Source of the DNA: Octopus vulgaris
Taxonomy: Eukaryota
Length of the DNA: 64,000 nt
Assembly (NCBI GenBank): GCA_951406725.2
Contig: OX597825.1
Span: 49,848,001 to 49,912,000, forward strand
Reading direction: 5' to 3'
The position numbers and the translations under genes were made by a program. Below, piece after piece: positions 53,155 to 64,000 of this stretch (position 1 is its first letter; each line of letters opens with the position of its first letter). Below the pieces are notes generated by a model. The model made no database searches, was not told the DNA's origin, and saw nothing but the letters and a program-made list of their open reading frames with translations.

Positions 53155-54778
53155 TTAACTTAGAGGAAAGAAAATGGAATTACTTACCTTGGTCTCCAGA
53201 GATGACTGTTAAAACAATCTTCTTTTTGGAGGGGAACCTAATAAACCTTCCAATATCTTGCGGGGAATTTCTGTTTCAAATCAATATACGTATCCGTATC
53301 TGTTTGGATTAACATCCTGTCCGGTGGAGTTTTCTGCGGGAGACCCGCAAAACCTTCTCCACTTGTACTATTCAATGTGCTCTTCTGAACAACAGAGAAA
53401 TTAATGAAGAAAGCCCTACTCGAGACTGTGACTGCTGGTCATTTTGTTTTTGTGGTTTTGAATGTGTTTGTAAAAATGAGTCGTCTTGTGATGAAGATGT
53501 TAATGTTGGTGTTGATTTGTTTTTAAATTGTTGTGACGGATTTTGGTTTTGCCGTCATGTCTTAGGGCTTTCAACATACGTTGGTCTCTGTTTAGTTCAT
53601 ATTTCTCTTATCTCCGACAAAGGTGTTCTGGTGAGAAGTCAATAAATACTTTGTTTTCTCGAGGCCTGAGTGGGAGAAGGAGGCAGATGCAAGGTAATTG
53701 TTTTGTTCCCACCTTGAGGAGTTGGTAGAATGGTGGAGAGTTTCGTGCTTTCTCCACTGCGAGGAAAAGGCTTTGGGGTGGTTCGAATTCCCACACACAG
53801 AACAGTTCTGTTTTATTTTCCTCTATAGAAACTGACATCTGTTCGCATTCCTCAAAACAGAAAAAATATAGGAATGCGATTTATTTCCTCTGGAAAAACA
53901 AGTATCTGGAATTACATAAGAATTCCAGTCCTGTTGAGTTGTGGGGTGGACTTCCCTTCCGCAATCTCCACATGCTCCTCCAGAATGGCTAAATTCCTCG
54001 CCTGATCACAGTGACCAGTCAACCTTTCACCCATATAATGGGGAATCATTAGAAACTCCTGGGACGGGCAAGTAGCCATTCTTCTGACTTCATGCTCATT
54101 GCTGCATATAGCAGCAACCATCCCACATTGTTTTCCTTTCTGTATGTGTAGCACTGAGGGCCACACATCTTCAAGGTAATTTTCGGTCTCTGTCGGAGAA
54201 AGAAATTTAATTTTCCTCACCTTGCGAGAACAATATTTATAAACAATTGTTCGTCTTTCGGTTTTTCTTTTCCTCCTCACTAAGGCGCATAACACCTGGT
54301 TTCCTAATTGTATTTCAGTGTCTTATTCTTCAAGTCATCCACTGAAAAATGGTCCAATTGCTAACGGCTTTAGAAAAGGAATTAGCTTTGTTGAGGTTCA
54401 TTGTGCTATTATTGCTACTGCTGCTGCTGTTGCTCTTATTGTTGTCGTCGTCGTCTTCGTTGTTGCTTCTGCTGTTTGTAGTGGTGGTGGTGGTGGTGTG
54501 CTGCTTCTTTTCACATTGTTGCTGTTGGTCTTGTCGTTGTTGTCGTTATTTTCATTGCTACTAGTACTTTTGCACTTGTTACTGTCGTCTTAGCAACAAG
54601 AGGAAATTATATCTCTCTTTGGCGAGAAATTAATTTCACCTTCGGCTGCGTTTGTGTTCAGAGTTACAACAGAACGCTGCTCTTTCGAACGCTGGTCAAT
54701 TATTATTTTTTCGTAATGCGACATTTTTTAAAATGGGAAAAATTAATAAAATTGTTTTCACAGTAATGTAAAACAATT

Positions 54779-55698
<920 letters not shown>

Positions 55699-55919
55699 GA
55701 TAATAACAATGTATTGATAAATACAACAACCTGCTCCCCTATTTAACACTGCAGCAACATCAGTGGATAAACCAACAGCCGTAAATCTGCCATCATTTGT
55801 TGACTAAAGAAATCAGGGGAGAAAATATTAGGACCTCTAGGCTTTATAGTAATAACAGTGAAACTATAGAAGTAAACAAGTAAATAATAAGGTAGGGATT
55901 GTTGTACTAATAGTGAACA

Positions 55920-60251
<4,332 letters not shown>

Positions 60252-60254
60252 GTA

Positions 60255-62535
60255 ATGTATGATCAATGGAGAGAAAGAGGATTGTTTCAACTCAATGAAC
60301 AGAGATTATGTGATCAAGCTAGAGCAAAAAGAAAAAAATCGTAGGTTAACAGAAGTAGAGCTCGAAGCTATCAAAAGACGGGTATTAGAAAATAGCAGCA
60401 GAGGAAACGATAAAAATGCAGATCTTACTGATAAAAGTAACCTCATATCAGAAAACAGAAGTGAAATATCCAATAAACCACAGGAAAGGAACAGTGATAG
60501 CTTGCTCGATCAGAGACATATAGATAGTCTGGAAGAAGACAATAATACTAATGATGACATAACAGATGAGCAACAAGAAATCTACAACAGAATAAAAGCA
60601 AGGCTACAGGAGAATGATAGCGGCATTATTTGTGACCTCAAAAAGGTTGATGGGTAGAAATTAAAACAAGAAACGAAAAATGTCAATGAAATTCTGAAAT
60701 ACATCAGAACAAATACATCACGGAAGCAAATAAGTTGATCAAGGCAGCAAGAATTGTTGTAGAAGAAAATGTGGGTCTTGATGTCAAGAAAAAGAAAGAT
60801 AATGGGAGTGACAAAAGAAAAGATCCATGCTGGAAAAGAAGAATACAGGCGGGGTTACACATGCTCTCGAAGGACATTTCTATGTTAGAACGAAAAGTGA
60901 AGTGGGGAGCTGAAACGCTAACAAAATTACACTGAGCAAGAAGTATTATAGCGAAAGAAAGCACCTGAAAGTAGTAATAGAGGAAGTATATGCTGAATGG
61001 ATGCAAGGACATAAACAAGCAGTAGTCTGTCCATAACAGACAAATAGTTAGGGAAATGAAGGAAATTAGCAAAATTATGGACAACTGGAAGGCTCCAGGG
61101 CCAGATGAGGTTTAAGGCTACTGGCTCAAAAGATTTAGTGAGTGTCATGCACGAAGAGCTGCACGACTCAAGACCTTGTTAAATGCCGATCATGTAACAC
61201 CAGAGTGGTTGACAATGAGTAGGACAGTTCTGTGCTTGAAAACCATCGAAAAAGGCCATCCGGTAGACAATTACAGGCCGATATCCTTATGTGCAAATTA
61301 TTGACTGGAATAGTTGCAGAGTCAATGTACGGACATCTGGAAAAAATGGAGTCCTGCCACATGAGCAGAAGCATTGTAGGCATAAGTACCAAGGATCAAC
61401 TTCTGATAGACAAAACAGTACTTAGAGAATGCAAGAGGAGGGGAACTAACTTAGCTATGTCATGGATCCATTATCGTATGGCATACGATATGGTCCCAAA
61501 TTCTTGGCATTGAATGATGAACGATTGCTTAGAAAAAGTATGTCAAAGTTGAGAACGGAACTGGCAGCATATTGAAGAACTTTAGGAACAATAGAAATCA
61601 GTAGAGGTGTCTTCCAAGGGGACTGTTTTCCCCCTCCCCCCTGATCTTTGTACTGTGCATGATACCACAAACATAGATTCTGAGGAAATCAAAAGCTGAG
61701 TATGTATTCAAAAGTCACCAACAAAAAGTCCACCACTTGTTATTCATGGATGACATCAAACTTTATGGTATAGATGAATCTAAGTCAGTTCCCTCGTTGA
61801 TACAGAATATGCTTTCAGTACTGATATCAGAATGTAGTTCGGACTGAATAAATGTGGTGTGTTAAACTTGAAGAGAGGCAAAATTAAATGTATGGACGGG
61901 CCAGCGATACCGTCGTATGATTTTATGAAGAAGATAGAAGAGAGGGGGCTATAAGTACTTGGGAATATTGGAAATGGATAAATTGAAGGAGAAAGATTAT
62001 TTTAGTTGGAGTACTTGCGCAGACTGAGACTGATCCTCAAGTCGAAATTAAACGGACGGAATACGATTGAAGCTATCAACACCTGGGCGTTGATAGCTTT
62101 GAAAACAGGTGGATGAAGAAAAGAATGCATGGACAATTTCACAGGGATGTTGAAGATAAGACAGGCAAAGAAAAAAGATGGCTATGGATGACTAAAAGTG
62201 ATTTAAAACCGGAAACAGAGGCTCTAAATTGTACTACCCAAGACCAAGCATTAAGAACAAATTACATTAAATACGGAATAGACAACACATCAGAAAGTGG
62301 TAAGTGTATAATTTCTGGACAAAATGGTGAAACAGTCTGGCATATTACCAGTCAATGTACGCCACTAGCGCAGAAAGAATATAAGGGATGTCATGGTAAT
62401 ATAGCAATGATTGTCCATTGCACACTTAGCAACTTGACATCAAAAATGCGGTACGAACATAAACCCGAAGTCATCATCGAAAATTATAATGCAAAGATCT
62501 TATGGGATTTTATGATTTAGTATGATCACGAATAC
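60255..62535 (+). mobile_element. Degenerate R4/Dong LINE copy 2
   Basis: [89 protein letters not shown]. Confidence 0.9.
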
Positions 62536-62539
62536 TGAC

Positions 62540-63522
62540 TCTTGAGTCACTACTGCGGAAGCTGGAAGTATTGAAGGGTATCCCACGTGATCTAGGATGT
62601 GGGAGAAGGGTGCCTGCTTAATCCGACGATGTCACCGTCCCGGTGTCGAGAAACAGGCCTGATCGGCGATACATTAAAATAGACCTGATCGGCGATACAC
62701 TAAAAATATATGAAGCGGTAACAGGAGCGAAACTTAACGCGGAAAAATCAGTAGGCTTCCAACTCGGAACCTGGAGAAACAAGTCCATACCGTCCAACAG
62801 CGTTGTGGATAACTTCCAGAGGTCCCTCGCTTGGCAGTCCTCCCGGAGGTGCCGGGCGCTGCCAGTTCGAGATAAACTCTACAGACCTTGCCGTCAACCA
62901 AGCCTGCCCGAGGTAGCACAGAGCAACAAAATCGTTCTTCACGCACTCGTCTAGTGCCCGAGCATTGCTGAGTCGTGGGCTTTATGTCGAACACTTACTG
63001 TTACGTGTAGATGGATCCGGCTATCAGCTGAATTCATATTGAAGATTGCCCTCCTTTGGCCGGTCGGGGCATGCAATTTTATTTGTCTGGTGGCTGTAGT
63101 GAAAGAGTTAGTATGGTGGATACACTTGAAAAGGCTAAATACAGGCACTTACCTCTGTAGCTAGGCCCTCATAATCTTTTAAAGTTTTACTTGAATAAAG
63201 AGTGAAGGTGGAGAGGGAAGTGTTGCCTTCTAGCAAATTTGTTGAAAGGTGGGTGAGTGTCGGAAAATGTCCAGTGTGGAAGGACCCTTTTTGCGTATGC
63301 GGCTGTGAAAAATACAAGAAGAGCTCTCGCCCTATTTGTCAGACACCCGTGGCTTTTGTGGGGTTTTCTACTAGTAGCCTTAAAGCGCCTCCCACATTGG
63401 GAGTTTTATTTGTTTAATTTTCTGTTATTTTTTGTTTACACGCTTTAAAAACCCATTTGCATCATCCTGCCTTTGTCTCTTCATATAACGTTATGTAACA
63501 CTTGTGGCCAATAAAAGAATTT
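62540..63522 (+). mobile_element. Tx1/L1 LINE 3' fragment with deletions
   Basis: YEAVTGAKLNAEKSVG.QLG.W; LPVRDKL; LHALV; KVEREVL..SKFVERW homologous to 50230-51400; ends AATAAAAG then (ATT)n. Confidence 0.85.
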
Positions 63523-63524
63523 AC

Positions 63525-63575
<51 letters not shown>

Positions 63576-64000
63576 CATTATTATTATTATTACTAGTATT
63601 ATTATTAATATTATTACTCTTTCACACCAAATTTCAGGCCTTGTGCCTATAGTAGAACGGATTATTGTCATTATTATTGAACAGAAACCTGAATTCAATT
63701 TTCGCAGAGCGCACATTTAGAATTTAACCCTCAATGGTAGATGAACTAAAGTACCAGCCAGTTACCGTGGTCGGTGGTATCAACTAGTACCCTTCCCTTC
63801 AAAATTACTGAAAATGTGCTGCCGTGTAATATGATGGCAGAATTATTGGAACTATATTAGTCTCTCATTGATAAATTCTGCCGATCATCTCGCCAATATA
63901 CCTGGTGAAATAGAGGAGTTTCCAGGCAAGCTCGTGCCCTCCTCTACAATTAATGTAATTCTTATCACCTTCATATTATGTTTTGCAGCTATTTCACACG

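Larger units (their letters stand above)
49945..54650 (-). mobile_element. Near full-length degenerate Tx1/L1-clade LINE
   Basis: ORF1 relic (~53200-54400) with zinc-knuckle-like VCGNSNH; ORF2 from ATG 53154; 3' end CCTTCGCCCTGGTGGCAAATAGAAGAAA then (ATT)n. Confidence 0.88.

Overview
AT-rich, microsatellite-dense eukaryotic DNA made almost entirely of decayed transposable elements. The SINE families, the (TA)n/(AAT)n/(CA)n load and the TE mix point to a coleoid cephalopod, probably Octopus (inference from recognition, not a search). I see no intact host gene and no intact transposase or RT ORF; most ORF-track entries are translated microsatellites. Recognisable content includes at least four tRNA-derived SINE families (about 25 copies), two near full-length mariner copies plus several mariner/pogo relics, and a full-length Chapaev3 transposon. 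There are also a Gypsy LTR-PBS-gag/pro relic, a solo LTR, several Penelope-like (PLE) relics, a HERO LINE 3' half, and a ~14.5 kb nest of Tx1/L1 and R4/Dong LINEs built on (AAT)n tracts. Best second-look items are a ~100 bp insertion with a hammerhead-ribozyme core, the (AAT)n-anchored LINE nest, and three SINEs apparently inserted serially at one site. Others are a Merlin-like MITE carrying TTAGGG repeats, a PLE-derived long palindrome split by Chapaev3, and speculative minus-strand micro-exons. Boundaries of degenerate elements are approximate and were read by eye.
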